The notes under the pieces were generated by a model. It was not told where the DNA came from. It made no database searches and saw nothing but the letters and a program-made list of their open reading frames with translations. This document shows positions 26,700 through 38,203 of a stretch of 64,000 bases of DNA, in pieces (positions within the stretch are counted from its first letter, which is position 1; each line of letters starts with the position of its first letter). Source of the DNA: Acidobacteriota bacterium (GTDB lineage Bacteria > Acidobacteriota > UBA890 > WLXD01); the NCBI GenBank assembly GCA_965205505.1, contig CBDBHB010000006.1, positions 32,001 to 96,000 of the forward strand, in the 5' to 3' direction. The position numbers and the translations under genes were made by a program.

Positions 26700-27841
26700 C
26701 CAGCGCGGCCCTGACGGTGCCGACCGTGCCAATGCCCGGATCAGAGGAGCTCTGGGACGTGGTGGTCATCGGCGCGGGACCCGCCGGGTGCGCGGCGGCG
26801 ATCGCCGCGCGACGCAACGGCATGCGCGTGTTGCTCGTGGAGCGGTCAAAGCTGCCGCGCTACAAGGTCTGTGGCTGCTGCCTGTCGCCCAGGTGCCTAG
26901 CTCACCTGCGTTCCCTCGAGATCCCTGTCGATGCTGTTGGAGAGCCGCTTCGGGCAGTAACCATCGGTGGCTGGGGCCACCAAGCCGAGCTACAGCTCTG
27001 CGATGAGGTCGCCGTATCACGCGCCTGGCTCGACGCGAGCCTCGCACGGCGGGCCGTGGCGGCCGGGGTCGCTGTACTGCACCCCGCCACGGCGCGCCTG
27101 GATGATGAAGACGCCGTGCACCGGCGGCGTGTCACGTTGCGATCTTCGGTTGGTTCGCGGAAGGTAAGGACGCGCCTGGTGATCGCGGCGGACGGGCTTG
27201 CGGGTGCCACCCTCGACCGTATGCCGGCGCGGAAGCCGCCTTACGTCGGGGTGGGTGCGACTTTCGCCGCCGACACGGAAGGATTTGAACCCGGCACGGT
27301 CTACCTGGCGGTTGGCGGCGCCGGCTACGCAGGTGCCGTTCGTCTCGCCGATGGCATGGTCAACGTCGCCGCCTCCTTGCGAAGCCGGGCCGTGGCCGAG
27401 GCCGACTTCGTCGCCGTAACGAACCAGCTGTTTCGCGACGCCGGAATGCCCCGATTGCCGGACGGAGGTGTATGGCGCGGCACCCCGGGATTACGGTTCC
27501 GGCCGGCGCGCGCTACCCGGCAGCGGGTCATCGCCGCGGGCGACGCAGCGGGATTCTGGGAGCCTTTCACCGGAGAGGGCATCGGCTGGGCGCTCGAGGC
27601 AGGCGGTCGCGCCGGTGCTGCGGCGGCCGAGCTAGCGGGTCGTTGGAGCCAGACACGTGCACGCAGCTGGGCGCGTGAACAGCAGCGCTGGATCAGCCGT
27701 CGTCAGCGGCTTAGCCGTGCCGTCGGACTGCTTGCGGAGTGGCCTTGGATCGGAGCGCTAGCGCTCCGTGCACTGCGTGTGCGGCCGGATCTGGGTCGGT
27801 TCGTGATGCCGGGGCCGCATGCTCCGGCGATAGTGTCGTGA
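26696..27841 (+). CDS. FAD-dependent oxidoreductase (geranylgeranyl reductase-like)
   Basis: DVVVIGAGPAG, RYKVCG, IAADG, GDAAGFWEPFTGEGIGWAL. Confidence 0.88.
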   Translation: MTSAALTVPTVPMPGSEELWDVVVIGAGPAGCAAAIAARRNGMRVLLVERSKLPRYKVCGCCLSPRCLAHLRSLEIPVDAVGEPLRAVTIGGWGHQAELQLCDEVAVSRAWLDASLARRAVAAGVAVLHPATARLDDEDAVHRRRVTLRSSVGSRKVRTRLVIAADGLAGATLDRMPARKPPYVGVGATFAADTEGFEPGTVYLAVGGAGYAGAVRLADGMVNVAASLRSRAVAEADFVAVTNQLFRDAGMPRLPDGGVWRGTPGLRFRPARATRQRVIAAGDAAGFWEPFTGEGIGWALEAGGRAGAAAAELAGRWSQTRARSWAREQQRWISRRQRLSRAVGLLAEWPWIGALALRALRVRPDLGRFVMPGPHAPAIVS

Positions 27842-28908
27842 ATATCCGCGGTATCGGCACGGCGTTGCCGCGCTTAGCAATCGCACAGGACGACGCTGCG
27901 ACGCTGAGCGCTGGGCTGGTGTGCCGCGACTCGCGACAGGAGCGTGTGTTGCGCACCCTCTTCCGCCGAACAGGGGTCGAACGTCGATACAGCGTCTTGC
28001 TCGAATCAGCGACGATGCCATGGCAGCGGTTCTATCCGCCGCGCCAGGGCGAAGCCTGCCGCGGCCCGTCGACCGGCGATCGGATGGAATCCTACGAGCA
28101 GCACGCGGGCGACTTGGGTGACATCGCTTCACGGCGCGCGCTTGCCGATGGCGATGTATCGCCGGGCGAGATCAGTCATCTGTTGACGGTGTCGTGCACG
28201 GGTCTCTTTGCTCCGGGGCTCGATGCCGGCCTGGTCTCGAGGCTCGGACTCAACCCCGAGGCCACCCGCACCCACCTCGGGTTCATGGGTTGCCACGGCC
28301 TGTTCAACGCGCTGGCGTTGGCGTCCCCGATCGCACGGAGTAGCGCGGAGGCCCGGATACTGGTCTGTGCTGTCGAGTTGTGCAGCCTGCACTACAGCTA
28401 TGCGTGGGATTCCGAGAAGCTGGTTGCCAACGCCCTGTTCGCCGATGGTGCTGCGGCTCTCGTGGTCGGAGGCTCGGGGCCGTCTATTCGCGTGTTGGCG
28501 CAGGGGTCGATACTGCTACCGGACAGCTCCGACGCCATGACCTGGCGGATTCGCGATCACGGGTTCGAGATGACGTTGTCGCCCATCCTACCCACACTGG
28601 TCCGAGATGGCGCCGCCCAGTGGGTGCTCGGCTGGCTCGCGTCGCAGGGTGTTCGTCCTGATGAGGTCGAGACATGGGCCATACATCCGGGTGGCCCACG
28701 CATTCTTGGCGCGTTTGCCGAGGCCCTGGATTTGGACGCCGGAATGCTGGCCCTGTCGCGGAGAGTCCTCGAGCGCCACGGCAACATGTCGTCCGTCACG
28801 ATCGGCTTCATTCTCGCTGCTGCACAGGACCAGAAGCTCACCGGGCCTGGCGTGGCGATCGGTCTAGGACCTGGGCTTACCGTCGAGGCGATGCTATTCG
28901 ATATGTAG
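27838..28908 (+). CDS. Type III polyketide synthase (chalcone/stilbene synthase family)
   Basis: Catalytic triad motifs GFMGC, HPGG, GNMSS; VSCTG, ELCSLH, LFADGAAA, GPGLT. Confidence 0.93.
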   Translation: MNIRGIGTALPRLAIAQDDAATLSAGLVCRDSRQERVLRTLFRRTGVERRYSVLLESATMPWQRFYPPRQGEACRGPSTGDRMESYEQHAGDLGDIASRRALADGDVSPGEISHLLTVSCTGLFAPGLDAGLVSRLGLNPEATRTHLGFMGCHGLFNALALASPIARSSAEARILVCAVELCSLHYSYAWDSEKLVANALFADGAAALVVGGSGPSIRVLAQGSILLPDSSDAMTWRIRDHGFEMTLSPILPTLVRDGAAQWVLGWLASQGVRPDEVETWAIHPGGPRILGAFAEALDLDAGMLALSRRVLERHGNMSSVTIGFILAAAQDQKLTGPGVAIGLGPGLTVEAMLFDM

Positions 28909-28962
28909 CACGCCGATCGAAGCACGGGTGTGGGTACATGCGCGCGGCACGGCGCGCAGCGC

Positions 28963-31218
28963 TCAGAAACTCTGCTGCCGCAGACGCAGCGCGTTGGCAA
29001 CGACCGTCAACGACGACATTGCCATCGCCATCTCGGCAATCACCGGATGTAGAAGCCCAAGCACGGCGATAGGAACGGCCACGATGTTGTAGAAGAAGGC
29101 CCAGAACAGATTCTGGCGGATGATCGTGAACGTCCGGCGTGCGATCCGCACGGCGCGAACGACAGAATCGAGATCGCCGCGCACCACGGTGACGTCGGCC
29201 GCCTCGATCGCGATGTCGGTGCCGGTGCCGATAGCGATGCCGACGTCGGCTTGGGTGAGGGCGGGGGCGTCGTTGATCCCATCGCCCACCATGACGACCT
29301 TCTGGCCTTCCTGCTGATGCCGACGAATCCGTTCCAACTTGGTGTCGGGCAGCAAGCCAGCTTCCACTTCGGTAATGCCGACTCGTGCGGCGATTGCACG
29401 GGCGGTGCGCTCGTTATCGCCAGTAAGCATCAACGGCTCGAGGCCGAGCTGGCGCAACTGCGCGATCGCCGCTGCGGAATTTTCCTTGAGCGGGTCACTG
29501 ATCGCCAGCAATCCGGCCAACTTCCCGTCGATGGCCACGACGATGGCGGTCTCGGCGGCATTCTCCACCCGAGCAGCGTCGGTCTCTAGCGCCTCGAGCG
29601 CAATGCCGCGCTCGAGCATCATGGCCGGGCTCCCGACGACGATCTCTCTGTCGAGCGCTCGAGCCACCACGCCGCGACCGACAACGGCCTCGAAATGGTC
29701 GGCGGGTGGGAGATCGAGGCCGCGCGCACGTGCGGCCTCGACAACCGCCGCGGCCAGGGGGTGTTCCGAGGCGTTTTCTACCGCGGCGGCCAGCCTCAGG
29801 ACCTCGTTCTCATCGTAGTCTGGCGCGACGGTCATGCCGGTCAGTTGGGTGCTGCCGGCCGTCAGCGTGCCGGTCTTGTCGAAGGCAATGACGTCGGCGT
29901 CCACCAGGGCCTGTAGCGCCGCTCCCGAGCGGAATAGGATACCGTTCTCCGCGGCGCGTCCGGTTCCCACCATCAGCGCCGTCGGGGTGGCGAGGCCGAG
30001 AGCGCAGGGGCAGGCGATGACTAGCACGGCGACGGCGGCGAACACGGCTAGCGAGACCACACCCAGATCCGGGTTTACCCAGGGGAGTATGGTTGCTGTG
30101 GCGCGTGCCACGGTGCCGAGAGGTCCCGGTGCTACCACCCAGGCGATGAACGTGAGCGACGCGATCAACAGCGACGTGGGGACGAACACGGCAGTCACGC
30201 GGTCGGCGAGTAGCTGAATCGGAACCCTCGTCGATTGACATTGCTCCACCAACTGGATCACCTGCGCCAGAAAAGTATCGCTGCCGATGCGCGTGGCGCG
30301 CACTCGCAAGCGACCACGCTGGTTGAGCGTCGCGCCGATAACGTCATCGCCCGGTTGCTTGACGACCGGCAGCGGCTCCCCGGTTGCCATGGATTCGTCG
30401 ACGGTGCTGTTTCCTGCGACGACGACGCCGTCCGTAGGCACGCGCTCGCCCGGCCTGACCACCATGACGTCGCCGACCCCGACGTCCCCGATGCTCACCT
30501 CCCGCTCCTGCGCGTCGACCTCGATGCGGGCGCTCTTGGCGCCCAGCTCGACCAATCGTCGGATTGCGTCTGAGGCGCGGCCCCTGGCCTTGGTTTCGAT
30601 GTACCGCCCCGTCAGGTGAAAGGCCATGATCATCGCAGCGATGCCCGAGAAGCTGGTGATCGGTGTGAACAGGGCCAGCAGCCCGGTGGCGTAGGCTGCC
30701 AGTGTGCCGAGCGCGATGAGCACGTCCATGTTGGGGCTGCGACGACCAACCGCCGCCACCGCACTAGACAGCGTCTCGACGCCCACGACGAACAGAACCG
30801 GAAAAGCCAACATCAGCATCAGCAGCTGGTGCAGCAACGGATCGGGCCAGGGGCTGCCGAACGCCCAGCTGCCGGCCATGATCAGCATGATCGGCAAAGT
30901 GAATAGCCACGCGAAGAAGACACGTCCCTGGGCTTCGCGCAGCGCTGCCGGAGCCCTGACTTCGGCAGCGGAGGAGGCCGCGATCGGGGGCTCCGTAACA
31001 AGCTCGAAGCCGGCGGATGACACCGCCTCCGCCAGAGTGGACAGCTCAACGTCGCTGGCGTCGAATTCCACCCGTACCCTTTCGGTCGCCAGGTTGACGG
31101 TCGCATCGTTGACGCCCGGAAGAGCCTGCAGTACCCGGGCGACGTTGCCGGCGCAGGAGGCACAGTGCATGCCGCGTACCGGCAAAGTGCGGACGGTGGT
31201 TGCAGCGCCCGCGATCAC
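28963..31218 (-). CDS. copA: Cu(I)-translocating P1B-type ATPase
   Basis: GMHCASC HMA domain, [27 protein letters not shown] and MAMSS transmembrane ligands. Confidence 0.92.
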   Translation of the reverse strand: MIAGAATTVRTLPVRGMHCASCAGNVARVLQALPGVNDATVNLATERVRVEFDASDVELSTLAEAVSSAGFELVTEPPIAASSAAEVRAPAALREAQGRVFFAWLFTLPIMLIMAGSWAFGSPWPDPLLHQLLMLMLAFPVLFVVGVETLSSAVAAVGRRSPNMDVLIALGTLAAYATGLLALFTPITSFSGIAAMIMAFHLTGRYIETKARGRASDAIRRLVELGAKSARIEVDAQEREVSIGDVGVGDVMVVRPGERVPTDGVVVAGNSTVDESMATGEPLPVVKQPGDDVIGATLNQRGRLRVRATRIGSDTFLAQVIQLVEQCQSTRVPIQLLADRVTAVFVPTSLLIASLTFIAWVVAPGPLGTVARATATILPWVNPDLGVVSLAVFAAVAVLVIACPCALGLATPTALMVGTGRAAENGILFRSGAALQALVDADVIAFDKTGTLTAGSTQLTGMTVAPDYDENEVLRLAAAVENASEHPLAAAVVEAARARGLDLPPADHFEAVVGRGVVARALDREIVVGSPAMMLERGIALEALETDAARVENAAETAIVVAIDGKLAGLLAISDPLKENSAAAIAQLRQLGLEPLMLTGDNERTARAIAARVGITEVEAGLLPDTKLERIRRHQQEGQKVVMVGDGINDAPALTQADVGIAIGTGTDIAIEAADVTVVRGDLDSVVRAVRIARRTFTIIRQNLFWAFFYNIVAVPIAVLGLLHPVIAEMAMAMSSLTVVANALRLRQQSF

Positions 31219-31499
31219 CTCCCACGCTCCAGCACTTGCATTACCTCGCGCACGCGCTCATCGCGTACACGCCCGCTGCCGCTCTCTGCCGCCTGTATTA
31301 CGCAGTGGAGCAAGTGACGCTCGAGGATCGAGTCGTTCACACGTTGTAGGGCGCGCTGCACGGAGCGTATCTGAGTAAGGATGTCGATACAGTATCGATC
31401 GTCGTCGATCATTCGCTGCAGACCTCGGATTTGCCCCTCGATGCGGCGCAGCCGGCGGATCTCGTCTTGATGTGGCGCTCCATGGGGAGGGCTGCTCAT
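31215..31499 (-). CDS. csoR: CsoR/RcnR-family metal-sensing repressor
   Basis: [16 protein letters not shown]...YCIDIL...HLLHC; coupled to copA. Confidence 0.9.
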   Translation of the reverse strand: MSSPPHGAPHQDEIRRLRRIEGQIRGLQRMIDDDRYCIDILTQIRSVQRALQRVNDSILERHLLHCVIQAAESGSGRVRDERVREVMQVLERGR

Positions 31500-31528
31500 C
31501 ACGTGTCTCGATGCTCTCGGCGATGTGA

Positions 31529-31560
31529 TCTGGATACCATAGGGGGGTATAGTATCCAGA
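31529..31560. promoter_or_regulatory. CsoR operator
   Basis: ATACCATAGGGGGGTAT (G-tract flanked by ATAC/GTAT) inside the TCTGGATAC...GTATCCAGA inverted repeat, just upstream of csoR. Confidence 0.8.
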
Positions 31561-31625
31561 GAGACACCGGGACACAACACGGGTCCGAGGATCGATAGAG
31601 AAAGGGAGACGGGTGACGGTTCCGA

Positions 31626-32150
31626 TCAGGAAACGGCCGCGTCGATCTCGCCGAACCGCCGGAAGATCTCGGCCTCTTGCTCGTCGCTGAGATAGCGGTC
31701 GGCAACCAGAAAGAGGATCTCATCCTCTTTGAGTAGATGCTCGAGCACGAGGTGGACGATGTAGAGGCCGTAACCCCTCAGCATCTGGGCGGCGAAATGA
31801 TCGTTGGTGCTGCGGCATTCCTCGAGCGTCTGCTTGAACTTACCGCTCATGATCTTGAGGTCTTCGTGATCGGCGATGCGGCCGTCGAGGTGAAGATCCT
31901 CGTCAAGGTAGCCCGCCAGCAAAGGGAAGAGCCCTTCCTCTTCCTTGCGATGATGCGTCGCCATCTCGCGATCGATGTACTGCGCCACCTCCTCGATCCG
32001 GTCGAGGATCTCGGCATCCGGCCCCTGGTTCCCGAGCGATTTCAGTGCCGACGACAGCACCTGCAGGCGATCTTCGATCTGTCGGTGCTCGTGCTTGAGC
32101 ACGTCGGTCGGTCGTAACTTGTGCGGGCGCTGGGTAGGCGCTGAGTCCAT
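31626..32150 (-). CDS. Hemerythrin-like (HHE) domain protein
   Basis: LKHEH, HHRKEEEGLFP, ADHE, EHLLKEDEILF. Confidence 0.85.
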   Translation of the reverse strand: MDSAPTQRPHKLRPTDVLKHEHRQIEDRLQVLSSALKSLGNQGPDAEILDRIEEVAQYIDREMATHHRKEEEGLFPLLAGYLDEDLHLDGRIADHEDLKIMSGKFKQTLEECRSTNDHFAAQMLRGYGLYIVHLVLEHLLKEDEILFLVADRYLSDEQEAEIFRRFGEIDAAVS

Positions 32151-32242
32151 CGTCGCGAGGGCTACAGAAACGTTCGAGGCAAGAGTAGGCGAGTAAGTAT
32201 AGGGAGGCAGCCGAAGGGGCGCAATTGGTTCGCGCGAACCGG

Positions 32243-32271
32243 TTGCCAAACGCCGATTACAACGATAGCGT
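32243..32271 (+). promoter_or_regulatory. Putative sigma-70 promoter overlapped by inverted repeats
   Basis: TTGCCA-N17-TAGCGT; palindromes at 32221-32246 and 32254-32276. Confidence 0.4.
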
Positions 32272-32315
32272 AATCGTGTCGGCTGGGGGCAACCGGCACC
32301 GGTGGGGGGCGAATC

Positions 32316-32666
32316 ATGACTCTCTGGCGCGTCGATGAGGCGGCCGATTTCCTGGGCATCCGGCCCAAGACGCTGTACGAGTGGGTCCGGACCGGCAAAG
32401 TGCCGCATCGTAAGCTCGGCTTCAACGTGCGCTTCGATCGCGATGAGCTCGAGCGTTGGGTCGAGTCACAGCCAGGAGCCGGTGGCACCGATGTGCCGGC
32501 CAATGGCGCCGGGCATTCGAATGAGCTGGCGACCACGGCCGCAGCAGCAGCGCTGCTGATGTTACGAATGGAATCCGATCTGGGACAGCATCTCAGCTTC
32601 CCACAGCGGCGGGAGATCAAGACGCTGGCGCATCGACTTCAGGCGGCGGTGGACACCGACGGTTGA
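32316..32666 (+). CDS. Excisionase-like HTH_17 DNA-binding protein with C-terminal extension
   Basis: VDEAADFLGIRPKTLYEWVRTGKVPHRKLGFNVRFDRDELERW. Confidence 0.88.
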   Translation: MTLWRVDEAADFLGIRPKTLYEWVRTGKVPHRKLGFNVRFDRDELERWVESQPGAGGTDVPANGAGHSNELATTAAAAALLMLRMESDLGQHLSFPQRREIKTLAHRLQAAVDTDG

Positions 32667-33001
32667 ACCTATTCGTCTACGGCGAGTTGTGTCGGGCGGA
32701 GATAATCGTTGGCCTGCTAGGCCGCATGCCGATCTGTGTCCCGGCGCTCCTGCATGACCACCAGCGCGAGATCAGCCCCGCGACCGGCCACTATCAGGCG
32801 CGCCCGGCCGCCGGCCAGCAGATCGCCGGTTTGCTGTTCCGCAAGGTTGCGGCCGCCGAGATCGAACGGCTCGACGAGTTTGAGGACGTTGCTAACGGCC
32901 TGTACCAGCGGGTTGAATGTGAGGTGCAATCGTTGGGCCGGACGCGTCGTCAAATCGCGGCACAGGTCTATCTAGGCGCGGGTTCGGAGGAGCCAATCTA
33001 A
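32663..33001 (+). CDS. Gamma-glutamylcyclotransferase (AIG2-like) family protein
   Basis: LFVYGEL, LDEFE...LYQRV, AQVY. Confidence 0.8.
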   Translation: MNLFVYGELCRAEIIVGLLGRMPICVPALLHDHQREISPATGHYQARPAAGQQIAGLLFRKVAAAEIERLDEFEDVANGLYQRVECEVQSLGRTRRQIAAQVYLGAGSEEPI

Positions 33002-33243
33002 GGCTCGCCATCGAGCTTGGACAGGATCTCTTCCATGTGCCACTGGACCACACGATCGTAGTGCTGTTTGATGAGATCCATGCGGATCTGGCGCTGGTTG
33101 GGGTCGGTGGCTTGGCGGTATTGGGTGATCGCGCCACGGAGTTCGCAGCCGAGATTCTCTACCGCAGGTACGATATCGGGCCGGTTCGTCGCTGACCATT
33201 CGCGAAACTCATGCCAGCGAGACAGGTAATTGTCGATCTTCAT
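32998..33243 (-). CDS. Hypothetical small helical protein
   Basis: ATG after GGAGG; protein-like composition. Confidence 0.6.
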   Translation of the reverse strand: MKIDNYLSRWHEFREWSATNRPDIVPAVENLGCELRGAITQYRQATDPNQRQIRMDLIKQHYDRVVQWHMEEILSKLDGEP

Positions 33244-33331
33244 ATGCCTCCCTTTCAGCGGAGATCATAGCATCGGATCCCGAGGCGGCAGAAGTGGGCT
33301 AGGCTGGCTTTTGCGCCACCTGACGCGGCCA

Positions 33332-34696
33332 ATGAGGTCACTCGGACCGGCGGCGCTCGTTGTCGGAATTGGGGGCTGTGCGGGCGCCGGACCCGGTATC
33401 AACAGCCCGGCGATCTTGGTTCAGTCCGAAATCCGTGAGCTTCTGGACGCCGGCGAGATCACCGACGCGCTGACCAGGGCAGTGTCGTACGAACGCCGTG
33501 CCCCGGGACCTGAGTCTTGGAGTTGGCTCGGACGGGCGCTATGGCGCTCCGGCGAACTGCTCGAAGCTGAGAGCTTCTTTCGTCGTGCGGTGGGATCGGG
33601 GTCATCGGAGGGGGTTCTCGGGCTAGCCCGTGCCGCCGCTGCCCTCGGGCGGCTCGATGAGGCGGGGTCGCTGGCCGAGCAGTTGGCGACGGACGAACGG
33701 ACGCGAGCCCGTGCGCTGCGGTTACTGGCTGCGCTCGCCTGGCGACAGGGGAATTCGACCGCGGCGGCCCAGCATTTGAGCGCCGCGGCCGAGGCCTCGG
33801 AAGACCCCGCCGCTGGCGCGCGCCTGGCGAACGCGGCGGCGGCGGCGGCAACCATGCCGCAGCGCTCCGGCGGGGCGGCGATCATTTGGAATGGTTTTGC
33901 CGGGACGGTGCCTTTGGAACGCGATGCCGCGGGTGCTCCGATCGTTGTTGTCCGCTTGGGTGGCGCGACGGCACGCCTGCGGCTGTCGCTTCAGTCGCCG
34001 CGATCGACGCTGTCGCCCGAGTTGGTCGGCCGGGTCGGACTGGTCGTCCACGGCGATCCGGAAAGCGGCGGCCACGCCGTAGTGCCCGTGGAGCTGGGCG
34101 ATGTGACGGCGGCGGCGGTACCGTTCGTCCTGCAGCCAGTGGACGGCGCCGATGGCGAGCTCGGTTTCGACGTCATCTCGACGCTCGGTTGGGAGCTGTG
34201 GCTCAGCGAGGATCGTATAGTCATCAGGCCGCCGCACCCCGATTTGTCGGCCGCCACCGATGCTCTGCGGTCGAGCGAGCCGCAGCTTCGTCCAGCGCAC
34301 TGGATCGATGTACGCGTGCCCATCGATGGGCTCGAGGCGCAGCTGCTGCTGTTTCCTCGATTGTTGACGGTATCGGTGGCGGCAAGCATCGACCTGTCGG
34401 GGCCGTCACGCATCAGCCGCGGTGGGCTGGCACAAGCGACCGTACACGATGCCGAGCCGATCGACCGTCGGACCGAAGAGACCGTGGTGCTCGCCACGCG
34501 GCTCGGCGGTTTCGGGTTGCCAACCATCTATCGAGTCGAGTCTTACCTCGACGCGGCTCCTGGCTCGAGTTCGGTGGCACCACAGGCCGTGCTCGGTGTC
34601 GACTTTGCGGCCGCCTGGGGGTTGCGATGGTCGCCGGAGCTGCAGCAGCTCTCGCTCGTCGTGACGGACGCTGAGACAGTCGGGCTGTCGAGATAG
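33332..34696 (+). CDS. Putative lipoprotein with TPRs and two retropepsin-like domains
   Basis: Lipobox-like GIGGC; TPR-like helices; DGELGFD and QAVLGVDF resemble aspartyl-protease domain ends. Confidence 0.6.
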   Translation: MRSLGPAALVVGIGGCAGAGPGINSPAILVQSEIRELLDAGEITDALTRAVSYERRAPGPESWSWLGRALWRSGELLEAESFFRRAVGSGSSEGVLGLARAAAALGRLDEAGSLAEQLATDERTRARALRLLAALAWRQGNSTAAAQHLSAAAEASEDPAAGARLANAAAAAATMPQRSGGAAIIWNGFAGTVPLERDAAGAPIVVVRLGGATARLRLSLQSPRSTLSPELVGRVGLVVHGDPESGGHAVVPVELGDVTAAAVPFVLQPVDGADGELGFDVISTLGWELWLSEDRIVIRPPHPDLSAATDALRSSEPQLRPAHWIDVRVPIDGLEAQLLLFPRLLTVSVAASIDLSGPSRISRGGLAQATVHDAEPIDRRTEETVVLATRLGGFGLPTIYRVESYLDAAPGSSSVAPQAVLGVDFAAAWGLRWSPELQQLSLVVTDAETVGLSR

Positions 34697-34705
34697 AATG
34701 ACCGC

Positions 34706-36229
<1,524 letters not shown>

Positions 36230-36408
36230 CCACATCGCGTCGTCGACCCACCGTCGACGGCAGACGCACATCACGCCTGTCCGACTTGAATGGGTCGTGT
36301 CGCGCTGCTGGTCGACTTCGCGCTGCTGCGGCGAAGCGACTGACAGCAGGGGACTTGCCGTTGCTGGACGATGCTGGAACGGTCTCTGTGGTCTCGCCAA
36401 CCCTGGAT

Positions 36409-36424
36409 TGGCATCAAACTTGCT
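36409..36424 (+). promoter_or_regulatory. Sigma-54 (-24/-12) promoter
   Basis: TGGCATCAAACTTGCT matches TGGCAY-N5-TTGCW; about 180 bp downstream of the bEBP gene; no + strand CDS follows. Confidence 0.78.
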
Positions 36425-36434
36425 CTTGTAGAGT

Positions 36435-36562
36435 CGCGAGGCCGCCGGGCATCAGTCGGGTTGGCTCGCGGAACCGGGACAACGTCGGACGGAAGGGGAA
36501 ACAGGGGACCCTCGCTCTGAACCCGGTGAGCTAGCCCGGCAGGTGCCCGGCGGTCTTTCGCG
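36435..36562 (+). ncRNA. Candidate sigma-54-dependent structured small RNA with GGA-rich loop
   Basis: Begins at the predicted +1. 36439-36469 pairs with 36526-36556 (30 bp, one A.A mismatch, six G.U pairs). Loop 36470-36525 holds six GGA motifs. Confidence 0.65.
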
Positions 36563-36577
36563 CGAGGCTGCGGCCTG

Positions 36578-37267
36578 CTAGAGCTGGAACGACAGGAATC
36601 CGGCGATGCGGCGCATCGAGAAGAGGCGGTTGAGTAGGCTGCCGCTGCCACCGGTAATCGCCTTCATCTCCCGATAGTCGGCGCGGAAAGACACTTTCTC
36701 CGACAGATAAAAGCGAAAGCCGAGCCCGAAGGCTATCAACGGGCCCGTCTCCAGCTCGTTCATCGGCTCGATACCGAAGGTAGGCAGCGCCGCGGCCACC
36801 GGATCCCGCAACCGCTCCGTAGCATGAAAGATGCCGCCGCCCACCGCCAGGTACGGTGCTAGCTTGCTGGACCGCCCGCCGGACTGAAAGATGAAGCTGA
36901 GCAGTCCGTGGTTGATCTGGCCGTTCGGGCCGCGCGTGACACCGCCCTCGAGCTCGATGCCCACGTTGCCGGTCGAGCGCTTGAAGTAACTGGCAGCAAT
37001 GCCTGCCTGGCCTGAAGCCGAGCCACGCATCTGCACTGCTCCGATGAGGCTGATCTGGAACCCACCGACCGGGTCCGAAGGCGGTCGGTCGTCGCGCCGG
37101 ATGGTCTGCTGAAGGTCAAACAGACCGACCGTTCCGGCGCCGCGGCGTTCGTCTTCCTCATCTGCCGTCGGTGGAATCAAGCTTCCTGCCGATGACGCGC
37201 TGGCTGCGTCCGGCGCAAGCGCCAGCCCAGTCAACAGCAAAGCGGCGGGAAGCGAGCGCAGGTGCAC
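36578..37267 (-). CDS. Outer-membrane beta-barrel protein
   Basis: Signal peptide, APYLAVGGG, FGLGFRFYL, FRADYR, C-terminal SFQL. Confidence 0.78.
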   Translation of the reverse strand: MHLRSLPAALLLTGLALAPDAASASSAGSLIPPTADEEDERRGAGTVGLFDLQQTIRRDDRPPSDPVGGFQISLIGAVQMRGSASGQAGIAASYFKRSTGNVGIELEGGVTRGPNGQINHGLLSFIFQSGGRSSKLAPYLAVGGGIFHATERLRDPVAAALPTFGIEPMNELETGPLIAFGLGFRFYLSEKVSFRADYREMKAITGGSGSLLNRLFSMRRIAGFLSFQL

Positions 37268-37276
37268 GCGATGCTC

Positions 37277-38203
37277 CTAGAAGAGGACGGCTGTGCCAGA
37301 GGGAAAGGAGTCGGTCCGATTGATCAACGGGACGATCGCTCTCGGGGTCACGCCCGCCGGAACGAGTCCCTCCAGAACGATCAGCTGCGATCGAGGAAAA
37401 AAATCAATCGACCGGCCCTCGAGACTCACGGTTATGCGAGCCCCGGCAAGACTTGCGGGGAACGTGAGGCCATCGGGCGCGTTGACCAGCAGGTCATCCC
37501 CCGGACGTTCTGGGGCCGGGGCTTCGTCGGCGCAGAATCGACACCTGTCGTCGGCTTGGTCCCCGCGGTCGAACCGGCCGACACTGAGGGAGCTGCCGTT
37601 GATGTCGACGAACGTCTCATAGATCAGCGCGGCGGTAGTATCGGGCAGGCTTAGTGAAGGATCGCCGTTGCTATCGACCATCCAGAATCCAGAGGTTTCG
37701 TTGGTGTTCGGACCGTCCGTCGGAGTGAAGATCTGTACGCTACCGCCGGCGCTCGTGATCGCCGACGAGATGGGCACTGTGAGCGTCGCCACCCCTTCGA
37801 TGAAGGTACCGGAGAGAATCTGCATACCGCTTGGCGCCGTCGGCTCATCGGTATCTGACTCGATCGTGACCAGCATCCTGAGCGTCTCGCGCAAAGGGAA
37901 CTGGTCGGAGCGAAACTCACCGAGCGGGACGCCCGCGGTGTCGATCATCTGGCCGCCGGCGCCGATATTGAATGCGCCGAGGCTTTGCGACTCGTTGCGC
38001 TCGAGCAGCGCCCACAGGTAGTAGATGCCATCCGTCCCCGGGTCCAGCGGCTGCAGCAAGGTCACGTCCACCAATATCGCCTGGACCTCTCCGACAGCTC
38101 GGGGCAACGCTGTTATCTCCGTCGGCGTCTGGTTGCACGCCGGCAGCAGCAGAGCGCAGGCCACGATCAGGAGGCGGAGAGCCCCGATTCGGTTCCAGGA
38201 CAT
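37277..38203 (-). CDS. Putative lipoprotein
   Basis: Lipobox LLLPAC; two repeated acidic beta-rich domains (YYLWAL...LGAF; YETFV...VGRF). Confidence 0.7.
   Translation of the reverse strand: MSWNRIGALRLLIVACALLLPACNQTPTEITALPRAVGEVQAILVDVTLLQPLDPGTDGIYYLWALLERNESQSLGAFNIGAGGQMIDTAGVPLGEFRSDQFPLRETLRMLVTIESDTDEPTAPSGMQILSGTFIEGVATLTVPISSAITSAGGSVQIFTPTDGPNTNETSGFWMVDSNGDPSLSLPDTTAALIYETFVDINGSSLSVGRFDRGDQADDRCRFCADEAPAPERPGDDLLVNAPDGLTFPASLAGARITVSLEGRSIDFFPRSQLIVLEGLVPAGVTPRAIVPLINRTDSFPSGTAVLF

Noticed and set aside
36439-36556. Long stem as a simple terminator for the convergent gene, or as 6S RNA
   Set aside because: The 56-nt loop and strand-specific G.U pairs do not fit a minus-strand terminator, and it is shorter than 6S RNA with no central bubble plus apical stem
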